Positions 46,883 through 55,475 of a stretch of 64,000 bases of DNA are shown piece after piece. This stretch comes from a virus. Made by a program: the position numbers and the translations under genes. The stretch's first letter is position 1; every line of letters starts with the position of its first letter. Location: positions 41,429 to 105,428 of IMG/VR virus record IMGVR_UViG_3300049811_000692. One strand, 5' to 3'. The notes under the pieces were generated by a model. That model saw nothing but the letters and a program-made list of their open reading frames with translations, was not told the DNA's origin and searched no databases.

Positions 46883-46959
46883 GGTGTTGTCCTTCGTCCC
46901 CGAGCAGGGGGACGCGACTGGCCGCCCCACGACGGGGCGGCGGGACGCTCGCAGAGACG

Positions 46960-47036
46960 ACTGTAGCACAAAACCATGTGATATTCAATGAAACTGGCGA
47001 TTAGCGCGCTTGCGCGACACATTCAGATGTGATTGA
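46960..47036. promoter_or_regulatory. Divergent promoters, each with an operator in its spacer
   Basis: Minus: TTGAAT-17 nt-TACAGT (46960-46988), operator 46967-46980. Plus: TTGCGC at 47010, operator 47018-47031. Confidence 0.75.
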
Positions 47037-47060
47037 TGGAGGAGGACAACAGGGGGTCCC

Positions 47061-47555
47061 ATGCCGTCGCTCAACAGGGTCGAGATCATCGGAAGGCTGG
47101 GCAGGGACCCGGAGCAGCGCAACTTCCAGGGCGGCGGCTCCGTGGTGAACATGCGCGTCGCCACCGAGGAGACGTGGGCGGACAAGAGCGGCGAGACGCA
47201 GAAGCGCGTCGAGTGGATCTCCGTCGCCTCCTTCGTGGACAAGCTCAACGACTTCATCATGCGCGCCGCGCAGAAGGGCTCCCTCGTCCGCATCGAGGGC
47301 AAGCTCGAGACCCGCAAGTGGCAGAATCGCTCAGGCGAGGACCGTTACACGACCGAGGTCGCCATCCGCCCCTACGGCGGCTCCTTCATGATGCTCGACG
47401 GGTGGCGCGAGGACGCAAGCCGCGGCGCCAAGGGCGGCTCCCGCAGCGGCAACCAGGGCTGGGATCGCGACGACGGCGACTCTGGCAGCCGCGGCAGGAC
47501 CTACACCCACCCCGGCGCCAAGGGGCCCGACCTCGACGACGACATTCCGTTTTAA
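47061..47555 (+). CDS. ssb: Single-stranded DNA-binding protein
   Basis: LNRVEIIGRLGRDPE, KGSLVRIEGKLETRKW, DLDDDIPF. Confidence 0.95.
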   Translation: MPSLNRVEIIGRLGRDPEQRNFQGGGSVVNMRVATEETWADKSGETQKRVEWISVASFVDKLNDFIMRAAQKGSLVRIEGKLETRKWQNRSGEDRYTTEVAIRPYGGSFMMLDGWREDASRGAKGGSRSGNQGWDRDDGDSGSRGRTYTHPGAKGPDLDDDIPF

Positions 47556-47571
47556 GACAGGGACTTAATCC

Positions 47572-48297
47572 ATGACCGCGCCCCATCTCTTCCTCGATCT
47601 CGATGGCGTGCTCGCCGACTTCGACGGCCACGTCATCCGCCACACCGGCCTCGAGCCCGCCGCCACCCCGCCCAAGGATCTGTGGCGGGCCATCGGCGCC
47701 GTGCGCGGCTTCTGGGAGGGCATCGAGCCCTTCCCCTACACCGCCGACTTCTGGGCCATCGCCAAGCGCTGGAAGCCCACCATCATCACCGGCCTCCCGG
47801 TCTCCAAGACCGAGGTCGCGCGCGACGCGAAGCTCGCCTGGGTCGCCCGCCACCTGGGCGAGGACGTGCCGGTCATCACCTGCTGGTCGCGCGACAAGCC
47901 GGCCCACATGAAGGCCCCGGGCGACATCCTGGTGGACGACCGCCCCAGCAACGTGAACGACTGGGCAGCCGCCGGCGGGCGCGCGCTCCTCTGGGATGGC
48001 CCCGGCCCCATCCTCTCGCGCATCACCGAGATCATGCTGCGCGCCTCGGGCGACATGATCCTCGGCGGCGCCGATCCGGTGGTCGTGCTGCGCGCCCGCG
48101 CCCTCTACCACCTGCAGGCCCCGGAGAAGGAGTTCGACGAGGACTTCATCCGTGGCATGGCGGCCCGAGCCTACGCGCCCCGCCCCAACTTCACGCCGGC
48201 CCAGGTGCGGCAGATCAATCGCCTCGCCCTGAAGTACGGGCGCCACATCGATCAGCGCCTCGTCCCGGCCTCCCTGAAGCAGGCCGAGACCGTCTGA
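47572..48297 (+). CDS. HAD-superfamily 5'(3')-nucleotidase-like protein with C-terminal extension
   Basis: FLDLDGVLADF, IITG, K..W, DILVDD. Confidence 0.85.
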   Translation: MTAPHLFLDLDGVLADFDGHVIRHTGLEPAATPPKDLWRAIGAVRGFWEGIEPFPYTADFWAIAKRWKPTIITGLPVSKTEVARDAKLAWVARHLGEDVPVITCWSRDKPAHMKAPGDILVDDRPSNVNDWAAAGGRALLWDGPGPILSRITEIMLRASGDMILGGADPVVVLRARALYHLQAPEKEFDEDFIRGMAARAYAPRPNFTPAQVRQINRLALKYGRHIDQRLVPASLKQAETV

Positions 48298-48707
48298 TGG
48301 CGGCGCCCGTCTTCTATCGTGCCGACGGCTCCGCGGCCTACCCGAGCGTCCGCGCCTGGGCCACCGGCACGGCCGGGGCCGCGCTGCCGATGCCCCACCT
48401 CTGGAGGGGCCTGCGCGAGAGCAAGGAGAGGTGGGAGGTCGCGGTCCTGGTGAAGGGACTTGGCCGCGTCGAGGGCATCCCCGGGCGCAGCCCGGACCCG
48501 GGCGTCTTCACGGTCCTGCGGGACGACCTCAGCCTCGTCGCCTTCCCCGAGGAAGATGTGCTGATGCCGGCGCTCTGGATCGAGAATATCGGCATCGCCG
48601 CCCGCGCTCAGTACGCCGTGCGGGCCGCAGTCCGGGGCGACTTCAGCGACCTGCTCTGGACCCGGCAGAGCATCTGCGCCTTCACCGAGAGGTTCCTCAC
48701 CCCGTGA
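48297..48707 (+). CDS. Hypothetical protein
   Basis: TGATG coupling. Confidence 0.6.
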   Translation: MAAPVFYRADGSAAYPSVRAWATGTAGAALPMPHLWRGLRESKERWEVAVLVKGLGRVEGIPGRSPDPGVFTVLRDDLSLVAFPEEDVLMPALWIENIGIAARAQYAVRAAVRGDFSDLLWTRQSICAFTERFLTP

Positions 48708-49132
48708 TCACCCGTCGCCTGTTCGGCGTGCTGGCGGCCGCCGGCGCCGCCGCGAAGCCCAAGATCGGCAGCGCCTCCGCCCGAGAGGCGGCCCTCGACG
48801 CCAACGGCATGGTCAGCCGCCACGACTTCGCCAGCAGCGCCCGCGGACAGGTCGGTGGCCTGCAGATGCCCAGGATGCCGAACCCCGCGGTGCGCCTCGC
48901 CGCCAAGCTCGCCTTCGCGGAGCACGAGCGCCGCGAGCGCCGGGCGGGCTTCCAGCGCGCCCTCCTGAACGGCGTCCCGCTCAGCGTCGCGAGCAACGGC
49001 TCCTGGAGCCCGACCTTCGCCGCCATCGTCGCGGCCCGGAAGCTCAACGACGACTTCGAGCGCCGCTCCGACAGATGGAGCGCCCTCCAGGAGCGCTTCT
49101 TCGAGTCGATGGGCAGCGGGGGGCCGTTCTGA
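48704..49132 (+). CDS. Hypothetical protein
   Basis: GTGA overlap; TRRLFG twin-arginine-like start. Confidence 0.55.
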   Translation: MITRRLFGVLAAAGAAAKPKIGSASAREAALDANGMVSRHDFASSARGQVGGLQMPRMPNPAVRLAAKLAFAEHERRERRAGFQRALLNGVPLSVASNGSWSPTFAAIVAARKLNDDFERRSDRWSALQERFFESMGSGGPF

Positions 49133-49584
49133 TGAACGCCTACAGCTTCGGCCCGTGCCAGATCACCTTCCTCGACTACAGCAGCCCGCCGCAGCCCTGG
49201 GTGCCGCCGAGCGGGTGGATGGATCAGCCGCCGCCCCAGAACCGCTTCTTGCTGATCCAGAGGCGCTCGGGCCGCGTGCTGGGCACCTGCAACCCCTACG
49301 CCCTCCAGCCAGGGCGGACCTACCTCAACGTCGCGAGCCACAGCGACGTTACCTGGTTCCGGCTCTCCGAGCAGGCCTCGGAAATCGTGCCGCTCCAGCA
49401 CGTCCACCTCAGCCTCATTCGGGTGGACGTCGTGGTCATCACCAAGGCGGGCGACGTCCACGCCACCTACCGCTGGGCCGGCTTCTCGCCGCGACCGAGC
49501 TCCGGACTCGGCCCCAAGCATATCTACCGCGTCGTCGCCGGCCTGACCGGTTTCCAGATGGAGAGCTTCCCCACCGATGAGTGA
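49132..49584 (+). CDS. Hypothetical protein
   Basis: TGATG coupling. Confidence 0.6.
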   Translation: MNAYSFGPCQITFLDYSSPPQPWVPPSGWMDQPPPQNRFLLIQRRSGRVLGTCNPYALQPGRTYLNVASHSDVTWFRLSEQASEIVPLQHVHLSLIRVDVVVITKAGDVHATYRWAGFSPRPSSGLGPKHIYRVVAGLTGFQMESFPTDE

Positions 49585-50113
49585 CCTTCGCCAAGTGCCC
49601 GTCCAGCTGCTCCGCGAGGCCAAGGACGAGATTGAGAGGCGCGCCTCGGCGCCGGGTGCCTCGGCCGAGCTGCTCCTCCTGGTGCGCCGCCTGGCCCACT
49701 TCATCGAGGTCGCCCCGCCGCCCGCCGACGCCCAGCAGGGCCCTCGCCCCGCCGCCCACCCGGCCATGTGGGTCGGGGGAAAGATCCGCCTCTGGGACGA
49801 CCCGACCGGCCCGCTCATGGCGGGCGCCGTCCCCGCGACGCCGGTCTATCAGCACGAGGTCCGCGCCATCGCGGCCGAGGTGTTCGCGGGCCTCAAGGAC
49901 GATCTCGTCCGGGAGATCGTCGCGCTGATGCAGCCGCCGCGCCCACCCGCAGCGCCCGGGGCGCCCCCGCGCGACGCCATCGCGCTCCTCACGACCTGCT
50001 GGTGCGCGCGCGAAGCCAAGATCCACCCGATCTGGCTCGATCACGAGCAGGCCCAGCGCTGCCCGATCTGCTGGCAGGCCAAGCCCACCCCCACCGCTCA
50101 GGAGACCCCCTGA
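49577..50113 (+). CDS. Hypothetical protein
   Basis: Overlap coupling; C-terminal CWC...CPIC. Confidence 0.6.
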   Translation: MSDLRQVPVQLLREAKDEIERRASAPGASAELLLLVRRLAHFIEVAPPPADAQQGPRPAAHPAMWVGGKIRLWDDPTGPLMAGAVPATPVYQHEVRAIAAEVFAGLKDDLVREIVALMQPPRPPAAPGAPPRDAIALLTTCWCAREAKIHPIWLDHEQAQRCPICWQAKPTPTAQETP

Positions 50114-50886
50114 TGTTCTGGCCCTACAAGCTCACCCACGGCCATTCCGCGGACCCGGTCAACGGCGCCTGCGTCCTCGACGCGGTCAACTGGCTCGTCC
50201 ACGGCGAGCACGGCGACGCGCCGCCCTGCGTCTGCCCGGTCATCGCGGGCACCGCCATCTGGCTCAACGACAGCTTCAACGACGAGCAGCGCCAGCGCCT
50301 CATCCCCTTCATGCCCCGCATCGCCGGATCGAGGGGCGGCGTCGGCGCGGTGCGCCGGCGCGTGAACGCGCTGCTCAACACCTACGTCCTGCAAGGCAAG
50401 ATCCCGGTCCGGGGCGACAAGCTCGAGACCTTCGTGGGCTTCATCGACAACGACCGCTCGGTCGTCAATTTCTTGGAGCCGCGGGTCATGAATAGGGGCC
50501 TGCCGCGCGAAGACATCGCCGCCGACGCCACGCTCTACGGCGCCACGAATCCCCGCATGTTGGACGGGCTGATCGGGCTCGCGGAGGTGGATGTCCCTCT
50601 GACCAACCACAGCGTCATCCGCGTCGTCATCACCGCCACGCGGACCAAGGGCCTGCCGCCCACTTCGGATCGCTGGGACGCCTGCATGCGCGCGGTGGGG
50701 CCTCAGCTGCTCGGCCAGCGCAGCCGCAACCCCAAGCTCATCGCCCGCGACGAGCCCGACCGCCTCCTCGACTTCCTCGACCTCCTCCTCTCCCTCGGCC
50801 CCGAGGGCGAGCCCTGGTCCGCAGACGCCATCCAGGCGGGCGTCCTGCGCTACAGCGAGGCCTCGGGCCTCCCCATCCCCGCCTGA
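50113..50886 (+). CDS. Hypothetical protein
   Basis: L..GH...GAC.LDAV...GE...DAP.CVCPVI...LND...R..L conserved phage pattern. Confidence 0.7.
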   Translation: MFWPYKLTHGHSADPVNGACVLDAVNWLVHGEHGDAPPCVCPVIAGTAIWLNDSFNDEQRQRLIPFMPRIAGSRGGVGAVRRRVNALLNTYVLQGKIPVRGDKLETFVGFIDNDRSVVNFLEPRVMNRGLPREDIAADATLYGATNPRMLDGLIGLAEVDVPLTNHSVIRVVITATRTKGLPPTSDRWDACMRAVGPQLLGQRSRNPKLIARDEPDRLLDFLDLLLSLGPEGEPWSADAIQAGVLRYSEASGLPIPA

Positions 50887-50900
50887 AGGAGCCCCCCAGC

Positions 50901-51095
50901 ATGATCGCCCTCTCCGGCGCCTTCGCCGTCCTCGTCATCGTCCTCGGCGTCGCCACCACCATCGCGGCCGCCTTCTACGTCTTCGAGGACGACCTCAAGA
51001 CGACCCAGCGCCAGCGCGCCGGCGTCTTCGCCCTCGGCTGCCTGACCGCCCTGGTCATCGCAGCCCTGGCCTCGTTCTCGCTGAACCCCGCATGA
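50901..51095 (+). CDS. Small two-TM membrane protein
   Basis: SD AGGAG; hydrophobic. Confidence 0.65.
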   Translation: MIALSGAFAVLVIVLGVATTIAAAFYVFEDDLKTTQRQRAGVFALGCLTALVIAALASFSLNPA

Positions 51096-51337
51096 CGCCG
51101 GCCGACACCCTCCAGACCATCGCGGTCATCCTCGCCGTCCTCGGGATCGGCGCCGGCGTCCTGGCGGGGACCCTGGCGACCGTCCGCTTCATCTACGGCC
51201 CGCGCCCCTATGACGAGGACAAGCCGGGCGACGGCAACATCGCCGGCCTCTGGCTCATGTCCTTCCTGTTCTTCGTCCTCGCCATCATCGCGAGCGGCAT
51301 CGGCGCGGGCTTCATCAGCGCGAGCGTCACCAAGTAG
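51092..51337 (+). CDS. Small two-TM membrane protein
   Basis: ATGA overlap; hydrophobic. Confidence 0.65.
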   Translation: MTPADTLQTIAVILAVLGIGAGVLAGTLATVRFIYGPRPYDEDKPGDGNIAGLWLMSFLFFVLAIIASGIGAGFISASVTK

Positions 51338-51375
51338 CCCTTGCTTCGCCGAGCCGCATGCGCCCACCCTGGGCC

Positions 51376-52323
51376 ATGCGGCTCAGGCTTCATCTCCCCC
51401 TCCCGCTCCACGTCGTCGCCGGCCTCATCTTGCTGGGCGCGCTGCTGGTCGCCTGCCTCGAGCAGCCCAAGCGCGCCAGCGCCCCGACAGGGGCTCTCGA
51501 CCAGGCGGAAGCCATCCGCTTCCTCGTCCAGCACGAGTGCGCCAACCACGTCCTCACCCCGCTCCAAGAGAACTGCCTGGCGCCTCGCCCCGCGCGGCCC
51601 GGCACGCTCACCTACCGCCGCTTCGACTGGTCGGGCGTCCAGGCGCAGGACGCGCTCCTCCTCGGCCCCGACCGCGTCGTACAGACCTTCGACTTCGGCG
51701 ACGCCCCCCGCGCCTTCGCCCGCTTCGACCAGGGCCGCGGCGACGGGGGCGATCTCATCTCCATCACCGCCGCCGGCGCCTTCATCACCCTGACCGAGGA
51801 CGGGGGCGCGGGCCGCCAGCACTGGCAGGAGCCGGGCTGTCCCCCCTCCCGCGGCTGGCTGCTCTTCGCCTACCCCCTGACGCCCAGCGCCCCAGGCTCC
51901 CGCGGCGGCTCGCTCGGCCGCAGCTCGGCCGAGGGCGCTTGCACCACCAGCTTCTCCCCCGTCACCACGGTCTGGGCGCGCACCACCTTCACCTTCCCCT
52001 GGCGCGAGGGGGACGGCCCCATGCACATGACGGCCCGCCCCGCGATCGTCTCCGAGCACTACGCAGGCCCGGCCGAGCGCCCTCATCACATGGAGCGCTT
52101 CGTCTTCGTCGAGCACCTTGGGAAAATCGCCTGGGAGAGATGGGAGAACGTCCTGTCCTCGCGTCGCGATCAGGCCGAGCTCATGCAGTCCATCTTCGCC
52201 ATGAACGCCGACGGCCGCTGCCCCATCGAGGCGCGGCCGCCGGAAGGCTCATGGGTTCGAGCCGATTGTCGGGTCTGGACCAAGGTCGCCCCTGGTCCAG
52301 CCCAACCGATGGGGTGGCCTTAG
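51376..52323 (+). CDS. Putative lipoprotein
   Basis: Signal peptide ending LLVAC. Confidence 0.6.
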   Translation: MRLRLHLPLPLHVVAGLILLGALLVACLEQPKRASAPTGALDQAEAIRFLVQHECANHVLTPLQENCLAPRPARPGTLTYRRFDWSGVQAQDALLLGPDRVVQTFDFGDAPRAFARFDQGRGDGGDLISITAAGAFITLTEDGGAGRQHWQEPGCPPSRGWLLFAYPLTPSAPGSRGGSLGRSSAEGACTTSFSPVTTVWARTTFTFPWREGDGPMHMTARPAIVSEHYAGPAERPHHMERFVFVEHLGKIAWERWENVLSSRRDQAELMQSIFAMNADGRCPIEARPPEGSWVRADCRVWTKVAPGPAQPMGWP

Positions 52324-53798
52324 TCCTCCTCGCCGTCCCGCATCTTGATCGAGGGGATGATGCGATCGCCGCCCAGCGTCTCGATCAGGTAGCGCACGAC
52401 GCCACCCGACCAGCCGTTGATCCGCACCACCGCCCCCTCCGTCGTGAGCCCCCGCATCGTCGGCGCGAGGTTCACGATCGCCACCGGCAGCCGCGGCCGC
52501 CCCGTCAGCGCGAACTGGCTCTGCTCGTCCGTCAGGACGACCACGCGATCGACCTCCGACTGGCCGAGCGCCCAGTACACCGCCTTGGGCACGTCCGTGC
52601 CGCCCGACGGCAGAGACGCCAGCGCCCGCGCCAGCTCGACCCCGCGTGCCTCGGGGTCCGGCAGCTGCTCGACCGCCGTGTGGAAGCCGACCAGCAGGCT
52701 CCGCTCGCACACCTCGGCCAGCACCGAGGCCAGCACCGCCGCCACCCGCGCCCGTGACGTCGTCCCGTGATCGCTGACCGGGGCGACCATCGACCCCGAC
52801 ACGTCCACCAGGATCGCCGTGCGACCGGGCAGCTTCGGCAGCTCCCCGCACGAGCGCAGCGCCAGCCGCTCCAGGGCCGGCACCGCCAGCGGAGGCGCAT
52901 ACTCGGCCGCCAGGTAGACCTGGTGCGGCCACAGCAGCGCCCCGCTCGCGCGCTCCACCGCCGCCACGATCAGATCCGGGTCCACCCCCACCGCGGTCAT
53001 GTTGCGCAGGTTGCGGATCAGGGCCACCTCGCCGAGCGTCTCTCCCGCCAGCATGTCCTCCCACACCACGCGCTTGTCCGCGCCCGGCTCCGAGAGCCGC
53101 GACTCCCAGGTGTCGGGCGCCTTCACCGTGTCGTCGGCCAGCGCCTTGAAGGTCGCCGCGTAGATCGGGTCCACCTCCGGCTCCACCGGGCGCACCGCCC
53201 GCCCCTCGGCCTTCGCGAGATCCTCCTCCTCGGCCACCCGCAGCCCGTGCTTCCACAGCGCCACCGGCTTCGGGTGCGTCAGGAACAGCAGATCCCGCAG
53301 CCGCACCTTCACGTTGCGCAGCGTCCCGTACTTCTCGAGCTGGTAGGGGGTCCACTCCTGGAACTTCTGCCTGATCGCGCGCTTCCACGCCGCCGGCAGG
53401 GGCTTCTTCCCGTCCCGCCAGTAGAGCGCCACCAGATCGAGCGCGTCCTTCGGCGTCCGCAGCACCCGCAGCAGCGACGCCTCCACCTTCCCCGGCGCCC
53501 GCAGCCTCGCCAGCTCGTCGAAGACCACCAGCGGCGCATGCCGCAGCCCCGTCGAGGTCCGCGCCAGGAACGCCTCACGCACCGCGAGCTGGGGATGAAC
53601 GGCCTTCACCAGCTCCCGCAGCCGCGCCTCGATCTCCGCACCCTCCAGGTAGAAGCTCTTCTCGCCGAGCAGGCACGTCTGCATCAGGCGCTTCAGCTCT
53701 ACCTCCGGCGCGAAGCCCTGCTTGGCCCCCGCCTCATGCACGACAGCCTCGCTCACACGGCGCCGCGCCGCGGCGTCCAGCACATTCAACCGACCCAT
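52320..53798 (-). CDS. Ro60/Rsr-like TROVE + vWA RNA-binding protein
   Basis: SFY..G, AR...LRHAP, YQLEKY, LRDLLFLTHPKP, PDTWE, ALIRNLRN, LVDVSGSM (MIDAS), GGTD, VLTDEQ. Confidence 0.92.
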   Translation of the reverse strand: MGRLNVLDAAARRRVSEAVVHEAGAKQGFAPEVELKRLMQTCLLGEKSFYLEGAEIEARLRELVKAVHPQLAVREAFLARTSTGLRHAPLVVFDELARLRAPGKVEASLLRVLRTPKDALDLVALYWRDGKKPLPAAWKRAIRQKFQEWTPYQLEKYGTLRNVKVRLRDLLFLTHPKPVALWKHGLRVAEEEDLAKAEGRAVRPVEPEVDPIYAATFKALADDTVKAPDTWESRLSEPGADKRVVWEDMLAGETLGEVALIRNLRNMTAVGVDPDLIVAAVERASGALLWPHQVYLAAEYAPPLAVPALERLALRSCGELPKLPGRTAILVDVSGSMVAPVSDHGTTSRARVAAVLASVLAEVCERSLLVGFHTAVEQLPDPEARGVELARALASLPSGGTDVPKAVYWALGQSEVDRVVVLTDEQSQFALTGRPRLPVAIVNLAPTMRGLTTEGAVVRINGWSGGVVRYLIETLGGDRIIPSIKMRDGEED

Positions 53799-53828
53799 GG
53801 GGTTCACCTCTTCGTCGGGGGAGAAGGG

Positions 53829-53910
53829 AAAAACCCCTGAGCCGGAACCGAGCGAAGACGGCCTCGCAGCTTACAAAGATGCAGCCGTCCCCTACACCAG
53901 ACCCAGGGGC
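53829..53910 (-). ncRNA. Y-RNA-like ncRNA, copy 1
   Basis: 5'/3' stem CCCCUGGG(U)CUGG / CCGGCUCAGGGG with a single bulge, internal loop, 10-bp upper stem, 3' U5; adjacent to TROVE gene. Confidence 0.7.
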
Positions 53911-54067
53911 ACACACCTTCGACCACATCACATCAGAATGTGCAAGAGCCATCCGAAAGGGGCCAGCCCACCCCCAGAACGCAGTTGGGGCGGGCCCCCG
54001 CCAAGGAGCCCGCCCCGCACACTGCCGTCACTCTTCCGAACCATGACCCAACTCGCCAACCGGGCGA

Positions 54068-54145
54068 GCGCCCCAAGCGGAACAGATCGAAGACGGCCTC
54101 GCTTCTCCAAAAGATGCAGCCGCCCCCTACACCAGCCCGGGACAC
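54068..54145 (-). ncRNA. Y-RNA-like ncRNA, copy 2
   Basis: Same core CUGGUGUAGGGGRCGGCUGCAUCUUU...GCGAGGCCGUCUUCG with a different but paired terminal stem. Confidence 0.7.
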
Positions 54146-54189
54146 CCACCTTCCACCACATCACACTCGAATGTGCAATCCCCTCCGAA

Positions 54190-54225
54190 CAAAAAAATCC
54201 CCGCCGACCGAAGCCGACGGGGAAG
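54190..54225 (-). terminator. Intrinsic terminator
   Basis: TCCCCGTCGGC-TTCG-GTCGGCGGGGA-T7. Confidence 0.85.
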
Positions 54226-54430
54226 TCAGGATTCATCATCCAGGGAGGAAACGCCCATGCGCCGGGGTAGGCGCTCGGACAACCGAAGACCAGCACATCC
54301 CATCGAGTCGCGCCAGACATATTCAAATGTGCCCAGACCCGAAAATCCCGCCCCACCGGGATCGCTCGTCTGCCCGAAACCCCAGCACGCCCCTTGCCTA
54401 AGCCGGGGTATCCGCCCCCATTGTGATGGG

Positions 54431-55384
54431 ATGCCCCCCGACGATCCCCCGGACGAGCCGCCCGGCAGCGAGCCGGCTCCCCCTGATCCGCCGAAGAACG
54501 CGGGACGCCGCCGCGCCAGGAAGCCCTACACGGGGCCGCTCACAGGCTGGATCCCGACGCCGCGCGAGTGGCAGCACATCTGCTTCCTGAGGGAGGTCGG
54601 TCACCGCAGCTGGCAGGACATCTCGGTGGACATGCTCGCCTGGGGGCTCGACCTGACGGGGGAGACGTACCGGAAGTTCTACATCGCGGTGAAGCAGGGC
54701 CATCGCCCTGCGCCCACGGAGGGAGACGGGCAGCCGAAGCCCGAGCAGTTCGAGGACCGCACGGCCGAGCGCCTGGTGGGGCTGCCGGAGATCCGGCCCC
54801 ACAAGATCAAGGCCGAGCCGCCCCTTCCCGAGAGCCAGGCGCGGTTCTTCCCGGCGCAGGAAGACGGGCCGGTGGTGGTGTTCGAGGAGGGCTCCCCAGG
54901 GCTCAGCACCCTCGCGACGATCCAGCGCAACGTGGCCCGCGCGAACGCGATGGACGCGGTGGCGCAGCGGCTCGAGGCGCTGATCAATGCGGCGTTGGGG
55001 GCGTCCAGCCCGGACAGCGAGACGAAGAAGCGGGCGGCCGAGGCGCTGATCGCGCTGCTGCCCGGGCGGCAGGACGGCTTGGCTGGCGCCATCGGGGCCT
55101 ACAAGCAGCTCCTCGAGGCGGCCTCGAAGCTCGACCTCGACGCCTGGAAGCTCGGCGAGGCCAAGGGCCTGAACGGGGGCCAGCCGGCGACCGCCATCGG
55201 GGCGTCGGCCGGCGGCGGGACCGTCAACCAGAGCCTCACCATCCGCATGGACGGCGAGGCGCCCCGCACGCGCACCCTGCTGGCCGAGCTCAGCGCCGAA
55301 GAGCAGGAGCAGCTCCTCGCCGCGGCGGCCATCCTCGAGGGCGCGAAGCCCATGGACGACCTCATCCTGCCCCCGAAGCACTGA
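54431..55384 (+). CDS. Probable terminase small subunit
   Basis: Position before terL; N-terminal HTH-like region; C-terminal LAELSAEE..QL. Confidence 0.5.
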   Translation: MPPDDPPDEPPGSEPAPPDPPKNAGRRRARKPYTGPLTGWIPTPREWQHICFLREVGHRSWQDISVDMLAWGLDLTGETYRKFYIAVKQGHRPAPTEGDGQPKPEQFEDRTAERLVGLPEIRPHKIKAEPPLPESQARFFPAQEDGPVVVFEEGSPGLSTLATIQRNVARANAMDAVAQRLEALINAALGASSPDSETKKRAAEALIALLPGRQDGLAGAIGAYKQLLEAASKLDLDAWKLGEAKGLNGGQPATAIGASAGGGTVNQSLTIRMDGEAPRTRTLLAELSAEEQEQLLAAAAILEGAKPMDDLILPPKH

Positions 55385-55475
55385 TCGCCCCCGTGAACAC
55401 CCCCATTTCTACCGGCGGTTGGTATAAACCCGGGAAAATCCGTCACCCGCCGGGAAGTTCTGCAACCGAGGGTGG

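Larger units (their letters stand above)
42613..46943 (-). repeat. Array C: 7 copies of the structured leader element
   Basis: Approx. 42613-42698, 43180-43267, 43912-43996, 44663-44751, 45702-45788, 46372-46460, 46883-46943. Confidence 0.95.

Noticed and set aside
22337-46943. Repeats as a CRISPR array
   Set aside because: The intervals are whole genes of 170-1200 bp, the repeats vary by covariation, and no cas genes are present.
22337-46943. Repeats as integron attC sites
   Set aside because: No RYYYAAC...GTTRRRY ends; they are two or three short hairpins carrying the SD; the only integrase looks like a phage tRNA-targeting enzyme beside its attP.
22337-46943. Element hairpins as intrinsic terminators
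   Set aside because: No U-tract follows them on either strand.
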